Shown in pieces: positions 40,633 through 55,992 of a DNA stretch of 64,000 nt. The notes beneath the pieces are model-generated. The model did no database searches and was not told where the DNA came from. It saw only the letters and a program-made list of their open reading frames with translations. Made by a program: the position numbers and the translations under genes. Source of the DNA: Pristiophorus japonicus (lineage: Eukaryota); the NCBI RefSeq assembly GCF_044704955.1, contig NW_027252668.1, forward strand, positions 2,790,001-2,854,000. The letters are read 5' to 3'. Numbering within the stretch: the first letter of the stretch is position 1; each line of letters opens with the position of its first letter.

Positions 40633-40959
40633 TCTCTGCAATAATTCAGCCTGAAAAAATCAAAATGCACTTTTCCCAATTTACTTTTATCAAAATCTGA
40701 CAAAGGAACTGGGCCTGGGGGGAAAGGACAGAGAATGATTAAAGCTGGGAGCCTTGCCCCTTGGAGATGCTCAATTTCGGATCATTCCGTGCAGGGTGTT
40801 TCTCTCTCCATGAGCCCATCTTCACAAAGCAATCCTGCAGAAACATCGGAGGGACGAGGGAGTGGGAGTGTTTGCTGGGACCGTGCAGGAGTTAATATCT
40901 GACAGAAAGAGTCCGAGATTAGTTTAAACACTCTCACTGTGAGTAATATCGAAGTGTAC

Positions 40960-42935
40960 AATCAAGAGGTTATAGGTAGGGAGGAACTTATTACAATCAC
41001 TGTCACTAATGAAGTAGTACTCGGTGAAATAATGGGACTAAAGGCGGACAGGTCCCCTGGACCTGATGGCTTACATCCTGTGGTCTTAAGAAATGTGGCT
41101 GTAGAGATAGTGGATGCATTGTTTGTAATCTACCAAAATTCCCTGGATTCTGGAGAGGTCCGAGCACAAATGTAACACCCTTATTTAAAAAAAGAGGCAG
41201 ACAAAAAGCAGGAAACTATCGACCAGTTAACCTAACATCTGTCATTGGGAAATGCTGGAGTCCATTATTAAGATGGCAGTAGCAGGACATTTGGAAAAGC
41301 ATGATTCAATCAAGCAGAGTCAGCATGGTTTTATGAAAGGGAAATGATTTTGACAAATTTGCTGGAGTTCTTTGAAGATGTAACAAGCAGGGTGGATATG
41401 GGGGAACCAGTGGATGTGGTGTATTTGGATTTTTAGAAGGCATTCGATAAAGTGCCACATAAGAGGTTACTGGACAAGATAAAAGCTCACGGGGTTGGGA
41501 ATAATATATGCTTGGATAGTGGATTGGTTAACGAACAGAAAACAGAGAGTCGAGATGAATGGGTCATTTTTAAGTTGGCAAACAATAACTAGTGGGGTGC
41601 TGCAGGGATTGGTGCTGGGTACTCAACTATTTACAATCTATATTAATGACTTGGACGAAGGGACTGAGTTTAATGTAGCCAAGTTTACCGATGATACAAA
41701 GATGGGTGGGAAAGCAAATTGTGAGGAAGGCACAAAAAATCTGCAAAGGGATATAGACAGGCTAAGTGAGTGAGCATAAATGTGGCCCATAAGAACATAA
41801 GAAATAGGAGCAGGAGTAGAACATATAGTCCCTCGAGCCTGGTCCGCCATTTAGTGTGATCATGGCTGATCCGATCATGGACTCAGGTCCACTTCCAGAT
41901 GGAGTACAATATTTTGAAAATGTGAGGTTATCCACTTTGGCAGAAATAATAGAAAAGCAAATTATAATTTAAATAGAGAAAAATTGCAAAGTGCAGCAGT
42001 ACAAAGCGATCTGGGGGTCCTCGTGCATGAAGCACAAAAAGTTTGCATGCAGGTACAGCAAGTAATCAGGAAGGCAAATGGAATGTTGGCCTTTATTGCA
42101 AGGGGAATAGAGTATAAAAACAGAGAAGTCCTACTACAACTGTACAGGGTATTGGTGAGGCCACACCTGGAGTACTGTGTACAGTTTTGGTCTCCGTATT
42201 TAAGGAAGGATATACTTACAATGGAGGCTGTTCAGAGAAGGTTCACTCAGTTGATTCCGAAGATGAGGCGGTTGACTTATGAGGATAGGTTTGAGTAGAT
42301 TGGGCCTAAAAACATTGGAGTTCAGAAGAATAAGAGGTGATCTTATTGAAACTTATAAGATAATGAGGGGACTTGACAAGGTGGATACAGAGAGGATATT
42401 TCCACTCATGGAGCAACTAAAACTAGGGGACATAATCTTAGAATTAGGGGCTGCCCATTTAAAACTGGGATGAGGAGGAATTTCTTCTCTCAGAGGGTTG
42501 TAAATCTATGGAATTATCTGTGCCAGAGAGCTGTGGAGTCTGTGTCATTGAATATATTTAAGGCAGAGACAGACAGATTTTTGAGCGATAATGGAGTAAA
42601 GGTGTTGTGTTTGGAGTAAGTGTGAACACTGTGAGCTCAAAGTAAAGTGTGACCTTAGTCTTTCATTGCAGGTCTCCAGAGTGCCTCTCCAACCTGGGAA
42701 GCCTCCTTAAATAATCGTGCTCCCAAAGGATTATGGGATCCTTGGGACTCCAGGGGATGAGCCCTCTGGTGGCTGTACAGAGTAAATACAAGTATACAGA
42801 GGAACAAAAGGTTTATGCGGAGCGGGCAGGGAAGTGGAGCTGAGTCCATGATCAGATCAGCCATGATCTTATTGAATGGCAGAGCAGGCTCGAGGGACCA
42901 AATGGCCTACTCCTGCTCTGATTTGTTATGTTCTT
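40960..42935 (+). mobile_element. CR1 LINE with nested insertions
   Basis: LKADRSPGPDGLHP...LVLGTQLFTIYINDLD...LVRPHLEYCVQFWSP; nested reverse CR1 tail ~41787-41895 and solo LTR 42603-42806. Confidence 0.9.
42603..42806 (-). mobile_element. Solo LTR (204 bp)
   Basis: TGTT...AACA termini; 5-bp TSD AAAGG at 42598-42602 and 42807-42811; minus-strand TATTTAA and AATGAAA. Confidence 0.75.
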
Positions 42936-43374
42936 GTGGCCCTGAACGGCAAGATTGCAGACAGTACAACAGACAAGCGAGTGACAAATGTGAGACACTG
43001 TTTCTCTCACTCTCTGACACTGTCCCGCAGTGTGAGATTCATAACGTGTCTGTCTCTGGTACAATATCAGTGAGAGAGGAGACTGCATCTTCTGTCTCTC
43101 TGTTGCTATCACAGGTCAGTCTAGAACTGATACTGTGCATGTCTTTCTGTGCCTCACCGTCCTACCTCGCACGCTTCTGTCTCTCGCTCAGCTCTCTCCC
43201 CTCGCTCTGCCTCTCTGTTGCTATCCGCGCTCTCTTGTACTGGTTGTGAAGGCGGGATACTTTTATTTAGCGTGATGTGGAAACACTGTTGGAAGTGCAA
43301 GAAAGATAATGTCTCTGTTTCTCTCTCTGGTGCAATACGTGAAGGTGTGGCACTTTTACTGAGCGTATTATGGA

Positions 43375-43545
43375 AACATAAGAACATACGAACATAAGAA
43401 TTAGGAACAGGAGTAGGCCATCTAGCTCCTCGAGCCTGCTCCGCCATTCAACAAGATCATGGCTGATCTGGCCGTGGACTCAGCTCCACTTACCCGCCCG
43501 CTCCCCGTAACCCTTAATTCCCTTATTGGTTAAAAATCTATCTAT
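43375..43545 (-). mobile_element. CR1 3' tail fragment
   Basis: Reverse complement of 17225-17380 with (CTTATGTT)n tail; absent from the paralogous sequence near 1260. Confidence 0.85.
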
Positions 43546-44644
43546 CTGGTACAAAGTGTAAAACTGATACTGTATCTGTCTCTGTGTCTTTTCCGCTGGT
43601 GCTGTACATTAATGTGTGATACTATTATTGAGCGTAATATGGAGACACAGTTCAGGAGTTTAAGATTGATACTGTGTCTGTCTCTCTGTTGCTCTCTCTG
43701 ATAGCCATCTCTGGGTGTTGAGTATGGGATTGATAGGACACCAGTTACTCTTATATGTCCCTCATTTTCGGAGGAGAGAGACAAAGAGAGGCTGCAGGGG
43801 CGGTGAGCTCATAATTTGTATTTTCATGTTAGTCAAACATATTTCTGCATTCGAACAATAGCAACTTAAAAGCAGATATGGGTTAAGCTAGCCACAGCTG
43901 TGATTGGCTCCTGCCCCTGAATCTGGGAACAGACACTGTGAGGAGCGCCGGCCTCAGAGTGTTTAACAATTACCGAGCTGGGAAACTACAACTGACCCGA
44001 GAATCGGCAGCAAATCCGAGTGGAGAGGAAAACCTGTGCTGGGAACAGATTTCTCATTCCCAGAAAGTGCTGTGAATGTGCAGATTTCAACATTGTGTGA
44101 GCGAGAGTGTGTTAAAGGGACGGGCGGGTTAGACTAATGTCACTGTGTTTGTGTGTCCGCTCTCATCGCCGGATTTCAGAGTCCCTCTTGTGTAAAATTC
44201 AAAGATTTCCCTGTCACAGGATCGCCCTGCTGCCCTGCTCAGGCCTGAAGTGGGAATGAATCAGAAAGTTTGATTTGATTTCAAATTTCAGTCAAAAACA
44301 GAGAAAATATCCGCGATCGGCTGAGAGAGCGCGACCAGTGCAGCAATGAAATGGGTTTAAATCGAAATTGCTGCCTTCAATTCGGATGGAACTTTCTCGG
44401 CTGCAAACATCCCAGTCTTCGGGACAGAAAGAGGCCAGTCTGGGAATGTGGAGGGCTCGAGTTGAATTGGAATCGGAGAGTTAGTGAGGAGAGAGAAACA
44501 CAGAGAGGCTGGAGGGGCCGGGAGCTGACAGCAGGATGTCTCCTCCCCGTCCGCTCGCTGCCTTTAAGTTGCTCTGTGTCGCCGCCTCTCGTTTCATTTC
44601 TGACCCAGTTCTGACTGTCAGAGAGATTTTCCAGAGTCGCGGAC

Positions 44645-45379
44645 ATGACTGATACTGCAGCCGCCGAAACGGCTCCTCCTGCCGCCGTCGCTCAAACCAA
44701 GGCTCCCAGCAAGAAGAAGAAGGCGGCTCCCCGCTCCGGGCCAGCTGGTCCCAGGTTGGGTGACCAGATCCTCAAGGTTGTGGCCGATGGCAAGGATCGC
44801 AGGGGAACGTCCCTGGCCGCGATAAAGAAGGCTCTGGCGGTCAAAGGCGTCGACGTTGAGAAGCGCGGCTTCCAGATCAGGTTCAGTATCAAGAAGAATG
44901 TGATGAATGGTTCCCTGAAGCAGATCAAGGGCACGGGCGCCTCGGGCTCATTCAAAATCGCAAAGACGGATCCCCAGGAAAAAGTGGGAAAGAAGGTGAA
45001 GAAGCCAACAGCCAAGAAATCTCCAGCAAAGAAAGCAGCAGCCAAGAAATCTCCAGCAAAGAAAGCAGCAGCCAAGAAATCTCCAGCAAAGAAAGCAACA
45101 GCCAAGAAATCTCCAACAAAGAAAGCAACAGCCAAGAAATCTCCAGCAAAGAAAGCAGCAGCCAAGAAATCTCCAGCAAAGAAAGCAGCAGCCAAGAAAA
45201 CGAGCACCAAGAAGGCGCCAACTGCAAAAAAGACAGCGAAACGGCCGGCTGGGAAGAAGGCGGCGGCGAAGAAGCCCAAGAGCCCCAAGAAAGTGAAGGC
45301 GGCCAAAAAGGTGGAGAATCCGAGGCTGAAGGCCACGCCCAAATCAACAAAGGCCAAGAAAGCAGCGCACAAAAAGTAA
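44645..45379 (+). CDS. H1: Replication-dependent linker histone H1 (244 aa)
   Basis: Globular domain ...[11 protein letters not shown]...[11 protein letters not shown]; Lys/Ala/SPAKK tail; AAACACA H1 box ~44496; stem-loop 45414-45429. Confidence 0.93.
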   Translation: MTDTAAAETAPPAAVAQTKAPSKKKKAAPRSGPAGPRLGDQILKVVADGKDRRGTSLAAIKKALAVKGVDVEKRGFQIRFSIKKNVMNGSLKQIKGTGASGSFKIAKTDPQEKVGKKVKKPTAKKSPAKKAAAKKSPAKKAAAKKSPAKKATAKKSPTKKATAKKSPAKKAAAKKSPAKKAAAKKTSTKKAPTAKKTAKRPAGKKAAAKKPKSPKKVKAAKKVENPRLKATPKSTKAKKAAHKK

Positions 45380-45413
45380 ATAAAAAGGCAACTTCTAAAC
45401 GTTTAAACCCAAA

Positions 45414-45429
45414 GGCTCTTCTCAGAGCC
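45414..45429 (+). promoter_or_regulatory. Histone 3' stem-loop (H1)
   Basis: GGCTCTTCTCAGAGCC-ACCCA then AAAAGAGCT. Confidence 0.93.
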
Positions 45430-46154
45430 ACCCACGCCTCTCAGAAAAGAGCTGATCGCCTCCCCCAGTGTCTGAACCCACCCCTTCCCCAGTGTCTGCA
45501 CCCACCCCTCCCCCAGTGCCCACAATAAAACACAGAGAATGGGATGTCCGGCCCGGGCCTCACTGTAACTGGGGTTTGAGTCCGGCTCCAGTCTCAGTTC
45601 CTGGTCACTGTCATTTCACAGATCAGGGGGAAGAGTCTCTGAGACAGTGGGACTGGCGGCGATACCCCGCTTCACAACTCAAACCCCAAACACCAGATTC
45701 TCCAAATCAGCTGGAATAAGGTGTTTGTAAAGTGCTGAACCGGTCTGTGAGAGGAGATGGAATAAGGTCTGAGATTGACAGGGAACGGAGTATATAGGCG
45801 GGAATATTTCTGATTGTTAATTGTACCGGGACCTTATTTAAAAGCTTCTAGTCCCTGGAAGCCTTGAATATGAATTCCGAGTCTGTAAGGGTTTGTGCAG
45901 AGCGCTGTGTATCGGTTGGCGGTTGCAGAAAGCTGGAGGTGGAGCTGGAAGATCAGAGGCGGCGCTCTGCTCTGTCTCTCAATCTTGATTCTGTCTCCTC
46001 CCCTGCCGCGCTCTCTGTTTAACCTCTCACTCTGTCTCCTCCCCTTCCCGCCTCTCTCACTGCGCTTTCTCAGTCAGGTCGGGGCCAGCCCTGTAACAAA
46101 GAAGCCAGGAGCAGTTGGTTCCTCATTCAGGAACAGTTTGAGTGAAGAATCATC

Positions 46155-47894
<1,740 letters not shown>

Positions 47895-47928
47895 ACAACT
47901 CCACCCTTTCCACCCAGCACAACACAAA

Positions 47929-47944
47929 GGCTCTTTCAAGAGCC
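47929..47944 (+). promoter_or_regulatory. Histone 3' stem-loop (H4)
   Basis: GGCTCTTTCAAGAGCC-ACCCA. Confidence 0.9.
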
Positions 47945-48627
47945 ACCCACCGCCTCACAGAGAGAGCAGTGAACTGGGGATGGGAGGGTGGACAGTTTGG
48001 TTGGGAAATTATTTCAGCTATTTAATTAAAGGAAAGAAACACTTGCATATATATAGCGCCTTACACGGCCATCGGACTTCTCAAAGCCAATGAAGTACTT
48101 TTGCAGTGTAGTCGCTGCAGGAATATGAGATTATTAAATATTTGAGAACGATATTTTTATATGAGATCAGAAACTCCTGGTGTCCCGGTCACAATCAGCG
48201 GGCGGGGATACACAGTCTCCCCTCACAGATAATCCTGTCATGTTGTGAACTTTGTGTGTGAGAATCGGTGAAACGGGACGGCACTGGCGGGATGGATGCG
48301 GGACTTTGTGTTTACAGGATGCAGTGACCGGGGAATTATTCCCGCCCGGTACTGGGAATGGGACAGAATTAAAACCGGAAAGTTAAAGAGAATGGGATTG
48401 GTGATTTATAATGGGGCACCATCGAGGTTATAAAGAGCCGGATTCTTAAATTGCTGGCGGGAAATTAGAGTTTCTTTAATCTCTGTTCGTTGAGACTCTG
48501 AAATTGGCGGGCTGTTTGAAATTGACGAACTGTCAGTTTCATTTCAGTCAATCATGGCCCAGTAATCCCCGCCCTTCCCTTTCGCTCTCGGTGATTGGTT
48601 GAAACATGATTGGCGGTCGGGTTATGA

Positions 48628-49131
<504 letters not shown>

Positions 49132-49176
49132 ACTCCCCCTGCCCGGGCTCCAAACTTTAGCACCAAGTGCAACAAC

Positions 49177-49192
49177 GGCTCTTTTCAGAGCC
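49177..49192 (+). promoter_or_regulatory. Histone 3' stem-loop (H3)
   Basis: GGCTCTTTTCAGAGCC-ACCA. Confidence 0.95.
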
Positions 49193-49826
49193 ACCAAATC
49201 AACAAAGGAAAGAACTGCGACCGTCTCCACGCAAACTGGCCTGTGTACACATCGTGCACGTCTTGTAGTGTTGCTATAACTGGGGCTTTATACAGTGCAG
49301 GCGGTGATCCAGGTATCGATGCGAGTCAGATGCCCAGTGTACCGACTACACCCGACCAATGGGGGGCGCTAACTATAAGTGGGAGATCTGATAGTGAATT
49401 GATCCCTTTGCACAGACCGGGATAGATTCCAGAGGGGACGAGCTTCCTGTAATCTGTATCTCACCTTTAACCCAGCTCTTCATGCGGGCACAGGTCGGAT
49501 ACTATTTGGGATATTTTAAATTAGCCATGAGCTGCAATTCCATCCTTTTGTACGCAAATTTAAAAAGGGTAAAAGTCCTCATGGATCAATGTGTTCAGAA
49601 TGTACATATTTCTCCCTATGGAATTATTGCCCCTATAAAAGTCAGTGAGCCCATCAACCACTCATTCCTTTATACTCGGCTCTTATCAGCCGGTTCATAT
49701 ACGGCTGTGCCAACATGTTCAATGACTAGCGGTCTCACGTTCAGCTTCCGTCTATTTTGTATTAAATTAGGTCGGACAGTTGTGTTCCACAGAACAGAAA
49801 GCAGCCCTTTCACAGATAGTGTGGGT

Positions 49827-49842
49827 GGCTCTGAAAAGAGCC
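49827..49842 (-). promoter_or_regulatory. Histone 3' stem-loop (H2A)
   Basis: Minus strand GGCTCTTTTCAGAGCC-ACCCA. Confidence 0.95.
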
Positions 49843-49872
49843 TTTGGGTTATTAGATTAAATCCTGTCCGCT

Positions 49873-50439
<567 letters not shown>

Positions 50440-51159
50440 TTACTGTTTCCAACAGTCAGAATATCGATTTTAATTCAAAAACCCCGCCAAGAAATTTAAA
50501 ACAGCGGATTATGTTAATATAAATCCACCATTCGTCAAAGATTTCCCAACACATTTTAATTAATTTTGTCTTTTACATATTCCCCTTGCAAGTTCCAGGC
50601 TGTTACAATCAGGATTAAATTCGGGTACTATTTCAAACTGTCTAATAGGCGGGAATCAATCCCCACCGATTCTGTAACGGGACACATTCCAACTCAATCT
50701 TTGTAAAAGTTGGGTTTCACAGATTATCGATCGATCCCTCGCAAAGGCGGGAGTGAGCCCAGAACTGGGTGTCCTTTTGTGAAAAGAAAAGAGAGATAGT
50801 GTTCAAACTGCCCCGGTTCTGGTCTCTAAGAACTCCCATTCTGGGTTGTTGCACTGCGGGGAGTGTCGGCTTAATAAAGAGACTGACCCGCAACAGGAAT
50901 TGAAAAATAAACTGGAAAAGGGCTTGCGAGAGAGAATGTGTGACTGAAATCTGAGTCTCAGCCCCTCAACAAGCTCCTAATTCGGCAGGCGGTGTAAATG
51001 AACGGGTCTGAGAGCACAGGGAAACAGCGACCAGGGGCCGTGATGGTAGTTGGCGGAAAATTTCAGCGATGCTAAGGTGGAACCGGACAGTGAAACTGAT
51101 ATCTGAGAATTCAAAACTAAATCTGCAGCTGGATGTGTAAAAGTTCTCAAACATACTCG

Positions 51160-51370
51160 TTCTCTACCACAGAAAGTTGTTGAGGCCAATTCACTAAATA
51201 TATTGAAAAAGGAGTTAGATGTAGTCCTTACTACTAGGGGGATCAAGGGGTATGGCGAGAAAGCAGGAATGGGGTACTGAAGTTGCATGTTCAGCCATGA
51301 ACTCATTGAATGGCGGTGCAGGCTCGAAGGGCCGAATGGCGTACTCCTGCATCTATTTTCTATGTTTCTA
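51160..51370 (+). mobile_element. CR1 3' tail insertion in the H2A-H2B spacer
   Basis: Matches the CR1 3' end; absent from the paralogous spacer near 8343. Confidence 0.88.
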
Positions 51371-51438
51371 GGAAATAATTACAGTAAACCGAGTCTAAAG
51401 GGAGATGCGTTTGTGCAGCTCTTTGAGAGGTTGTGGGT

Positions 51439-51454
51439 GGCTCTTAAAAGAGCC
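51439..51454 (-). promoter_or_regulatory. Histone 3' stem-loop (H2B)
   Basis: Minus strand GGCTCTTTTAAGAGCC-ACCCA. Confidence 0.95.
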
Positions 51455-51494
51455 GTTGTGTTTGGGGTTTGATCTCTCAAGACAGCGGGCAGTC

Positions 51495-52403
51495 TCACTT
51501 GGAGCTGGTGTACTTGGTCACCGCCTTTGTCCCTTCCGACACGGCGTGCTTGGCCAGCTCCCCGGGCAGTAGCAGGCGCACGGACGTCTGGATCTCCCGG
51601 GAACTGATGGTGCGGCGCTTGTTGTAATGGGCCAGACGGGAAGCCTCACCCGCGATGCGCTCGAAAATTTCGCTCACAAACGAGTTCATGATGCCCATGG
51701 CCTTGGAGGAGATGCCGGTGCCGGGATGAACCTGCTTCATCACTTTGTAGATGTAGATGGCGTAATTCTCCTTCCTCGACTTTCTGCGCTTCTTGCCGCT
51801 CTTCGCTGGGGTTTTCTTGATTACTTTCTTGGCGCCTTTCTTGGCGGGACCTGTTATCTTTTCGTCTTTTTTAAAAATTTCAAAATATACTTTATTCATG
51901 TAAAAAATTTGTACAGTACATTCAAAAGCAGTTCAGTACGTTTAGCTGCGGTCAGCAATCCCACACACTACATTTGGGTGCTGACGGCAGTTCCGTTCGA
52001 TGCATTTCCTTGCTTTTCATTTCAAGTACAATTTGGTACAATACGGGATACCTTGTAGTACATTCAACAAAATTACATTACATTAAACGGAATGGGTGAC
52101 GGCACATTTACATTTTTTTTTCTTTCTTTTCAACGTGCATTACGAAACAGACCTTACATTGTACATGGCACTACATAGATGTTGACAGATCATGGTGCTC
52201 CATGTACATGAAAAAGAAGTTGCACGTACAGCCCGAGGGGAGTTTTGTACTGATTCCTGCCCCCGGGTTTACCATGGCAGAAGGGCTTTAAACTGTGGCC
52301 CTTCCACACCGTGCCTTTGCGGCGACTGCACCAATTTTAAGTGCATCCTTCAGCACGTAATCCTGGATATTGGATTGCGCCAGGTTCTCTTTTCGTCAGC
52401 CAT
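51495..52403 (-). pseudogene. H2B: Histone H2B interrupted after codon 5 by a Tx1-like LINE
   Basis: ATGGCTGACGAAAAGA at 52403-52388, insert, then GACGAAAAGA-TAACAGGT... and the full H2B body with drift (ENY, HPGTG, QTSV). Confidence 0.93.
51867..52387 (-). mobile_element. Tx1-clade retrotransposon 3' end (521 bp)
   Basis: LAQSNIQDYVLKDALKIGAVAAKAR homologous to 47098-47180; same 3' UTR ending AATAAAGTATATTTTGAAATTTTT-polyA; 10-bp TSD TCTTTTCGTC at 51857-51866 and 52388-52397. Confidence 0.9.
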
Positions 52404-52924
52404 CGACTCGTTCAGTCAGGCGCAGATTTGGGGAAACTCTGCTCCGAGCCCGTATTATATCGGCAGCCTCACACTCCGCCCACAGCCCTATGCTAATGAG
52501 GGATGGGTGAAGGCAATGGTTGTGATTGGCTTGTCAATATCCATTGTTCTGTATCTCTCTGGATGTTTAAAGAGACCAATCAAATTTGTTGCTCGCCACA
52601 ATCTCAAATTCTTGAATGAGGTCATCAGTTGCAACACCTCCTGATTTATACTCTGTTCTTTATGTGTTTCTATTCTGCTATCAGGCAAAAATCTTACGAG
52701 GAAGGTCCATGCATTTTTTCCTTTTTTTATATATATATATTATATATATATATATAATATAATCTGAACAGCAAGCTCGCTGCTCTGTTTGCCGATCTAG
52801 ATTTTTACATGTTCAACAGACATTGACCGGATAATACCCGAGATTGACTGAGGGTGACTTCTGGTCAGGAAACTCCCAGTTTATCAACCGTTGGGACTTA
52901 ACATTATGTAGAAAAATACTGACT

Positions 52925-53340
52925 TGGATTGATATGGCACCTTTCACGACCTGCTTCACATCCAATGAAATACTTTTTGAAGTGTCGGCACTGATGTAAT
53001 GTAACGCGGCAGCCATTTTGGGAACAGCAAGCTCCCACAAACAGCAACATGATAATGGTCAAATGATCTGTTGTGTTGTGTTGATCGAGGGATAAATATT
53101 GCCTATGACACGCGATAACTCCCCATATTGCTATGAGATGTTTTGCGTCCAGCTGAGAGAGCAGACGGTGGCTCGGTTTAACGTCTTATCCGATCGATGT
53201 CACCTCCGACAATGTAGCGCTCCCTCAACACTGCACTGGAGTTTCAGCCTAGATTTTTCTGCTCAAGACCCTGGAGTGGGACTTGAACCCACAACTTTCT
53301 GACTCAAAAGTGAGGGTGCTCCCAACTGAAGCACAGCTGA
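52925..53340 (-). mobile_element. Deu-type tRNA SINE, paralog of 9575-10025
   Basis: Same head and position relative to the H2B promoter and H2A relic. Confidence 0.75.
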
Positions 53341-53405
53341 TAAGATTGTGATCAATTGATCAGTTTCTTCAGACAGTAACCAGCCCTTTCACAGATAGAG
53401 TGGGT

Positions 53406-53517
53406 GGCTCTGAAAAGAACCAACGTGGTATTAGATTAAATCTTGTCCACTTTACTTGCTCTTGCTGAAACCAGCCTTGGATTTCTTTGTCAGAAGCACT
53501 GCCTGGATATTGGGCAG
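53406..53517 (-). pseudogene. H2A: H2A 3' relic with stem-loop
   Basis: Minus strand [21 protein letters not shown]-stop; stem-loop-like 53406-53421. Confidence 0.78.
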
Positions 53518-53589
53518 TTCAGCCATGATCCTATTGAATTGTGGAGCAGGCTCCAGAGTCCTTTTGGCCTTCTCCTATTTCTTATAGCT

Positions 53590-55030
53590 GTCAGTCACTG
53601 ATATGTGAGTGTTGTTTTTTTACCTCAGTTACTGGCAGGCGAATTTGGGTTTTATTATACACCTGTCAAATTCTGGTATGTGATTATCATTCTGTTTCTG
53701 TGATATGTGTGTGGGTTTATTCTGCACTTTGTCAGTTTCTGTATGGGAGTGCGTGTTTTATTCTCTACCTGGCAGCCTCTGGTATGATAGTGTGGGATTT
53801 CATCTGTACCTGTCCATCTGTGGCTGGTATCTGAGTGGGGTTTAATCTGTCATTTCTGGTATGTGAGTGTTGGGTATAATCTGTACCTGTCATTTCTGGT
53901 ATGTGATTGTGGGGTTTAATCTGTACCTGTCAGTTTCTGGTGTATGAGAGTGGGGTTTAATCTGTACCTGTCAGTTTCTGATATCTGACTGTGGAGTTTA
54001 ATCTGTACCTATCTGTTTCTGGTATGTGAGTTGTGTGTTTTATTCTGTACTTGTCAATTTCTGGTATGCAAGTGTTGGATTTATTTTATACCCATCAGTC
54101 TCTAGTATGCGAGTGTGGAGTTTAATCTGCATCTGTCTGATTCTGGTATGTGAGAGTTGGGTTTCATCTGTACCTGGCAGGTTCTGATATGTAAGTGTGG
54201 GGTTTATTCTGTACCTTTCTGCCCAAGTATGTGAGTGTAATGTTTATTCTGTACCTGTCAGTGAGTGTGGGGGATATTCGGTACCTCTTTGTTTCAGGTG
54301 TGTGAGTGTTACATTTAGTCTGTACCTGGTTCTTTCTGGTATACAAATGTTGTGTTTAATCTGTACCTATCAGTTTCCACTTTGTGAGTGTGGGGTTATT
54401 CTGTAGCTGTCTGTCTCTGGTACATGAGTGTGGGATTTAATCTGTACCTGTTAGTTTCAGGTATGTGAGTGTAGGGATTAATCTGTATCTGTTAGTTTCA
54501 GGTATGTGAGTGTAGGGATTAAACTGTACCTGTCATTTCTGGTATGTGAGTGTGGGTTTAAACTGTACCTGTCATTTCTGGTATGTGAGTGTGGGTTTAA
54601 ACTGTACCTGTCATTTCTGGTATGTGAGTGTGGGTTTAAACTGTACCTGTCATTTCTGGTATGCAAGCGTGGGTTTAATCAAAATCTGTACCTGTCAGAT
54701 TCTGGTGTGTGAATATGGGTTTTATTCTGTATCTATCATTTTCTGGTATGTGTGGATGGGCTTTTCTCTATCTTTCTGGCCCTAGTATGTGAGGATGGGA
54801 TTTCATCTGTACCTGCCAATCTATGGCTGGTATATGAGAGTGGAGTATAATCTGTACCTGTCACTTTCAGGGATGTGAGAGTGGGATTTAACCTGGACCT
54901 GTCGTTTCTGGTGAGTGTTGGGTATAATCTGTACCTATAGGATTTCCTCGCTTTCTGTCAACTTCTGCTTTTACCCTGAATTTGTCAGTTTCTGGTAGGG
55001 GAATGCGGGTTTCACTTTGTACCTGTCAGC
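53590..55030 (+). repeat. ~40 bp satellite type C
   Basis: CTGTACCTGTCATTTCTGGTATGTGAGTGTGGGTTTAAA units, near-perfect at 54520-54670. Confidence 0.85.
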
Positions 55031-55561
55031 ATTTTATGTGTGAGAGTGGGATTTTCTTTGGAAATATCTGTCTCTGGTGTGTGAGGGTGGGATTTTCCCT
55101 GGAAATATCTGTCCTTGGTGTGTGAGGGTGGCATTTTCCCTGTATATATCTGTCTGGTATGTGAGGAGAGAATTTTCCCTGTATATATCTGTCTCTGGTA
55201 TGTGAGGGTGGGATTTTCTCTGTAGATATCTATCTCTGGTGTGTGAGGGTGGGATTTTCTCTGTGCATATCTGTCTCTGGTGTGTGAGGGTGAGCTTTTC
55301 CCTGTATAGATCTGTCTCCGGTATGTGAGGGTGGGATTTTCCCTGTATAGTTCTGTCTCCAGTATGTGAGGGTGGTATTTTTGCTCTTTGTATCTGTCTA
55401 GTGTGTGAGGGTGGTACTTTTCCTGTATATCTATATATATATAATCTCCGGTATGTGAGGGTGGGATTTTCCCTGTATATATGTGTCTCTGGTGTGTGAA
55501 GGTGGTATTTTCTCTCTATATATCTGTCTCTGGTGTGTGAGGGTGGGATTTTCCCTGAATA

Positions 55562-55992
55562 TGCTGTGCTGGGGCCCCAGCTGTTTACATTGTACATTAA
55601 TGATTTGGACGAGGGGATTAAATGAAGTATCTCCAAATTTGCGGATGACACTAAGTTGGGTGGCAGTGTGAGCTGCGAGGAGGATGCTATGAGGCTGCAC
55701 AGTGACTTAGATAGGTTAGGTGAGTGGGCAAATGCATGGCAGATGAAGTATAATGTGGATAAATGTGAGGTTATCCATTTTTGTGGTAAAAACTGAGACA
55801 GACTATTATCTGAATGGTGACAGATTAGGAAAAGGGGAGGTGCAACGAGACCTGGGTATCATGGTACATCAGTCATTGAAGGTTGGCATGCAGGGACAGC
55901 AGGCGGTGAAGAATGCAAATGGCATGTTGGCCTTCATAGCGAAGGGATTTGAGTACAGGGGCAGGGAGGTATTGCTACAGTTGTACAGGGCC
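55562..55992 (+). mobile_element. CR1 RT fragment with the same junctions as 2641-3104
   Basis: CCCTGAATA|TGCTGTGCTGGGGCCCCAG ... GTACAGGGCC|ATATCTGTCTCTGG. Confidence 0.9.
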
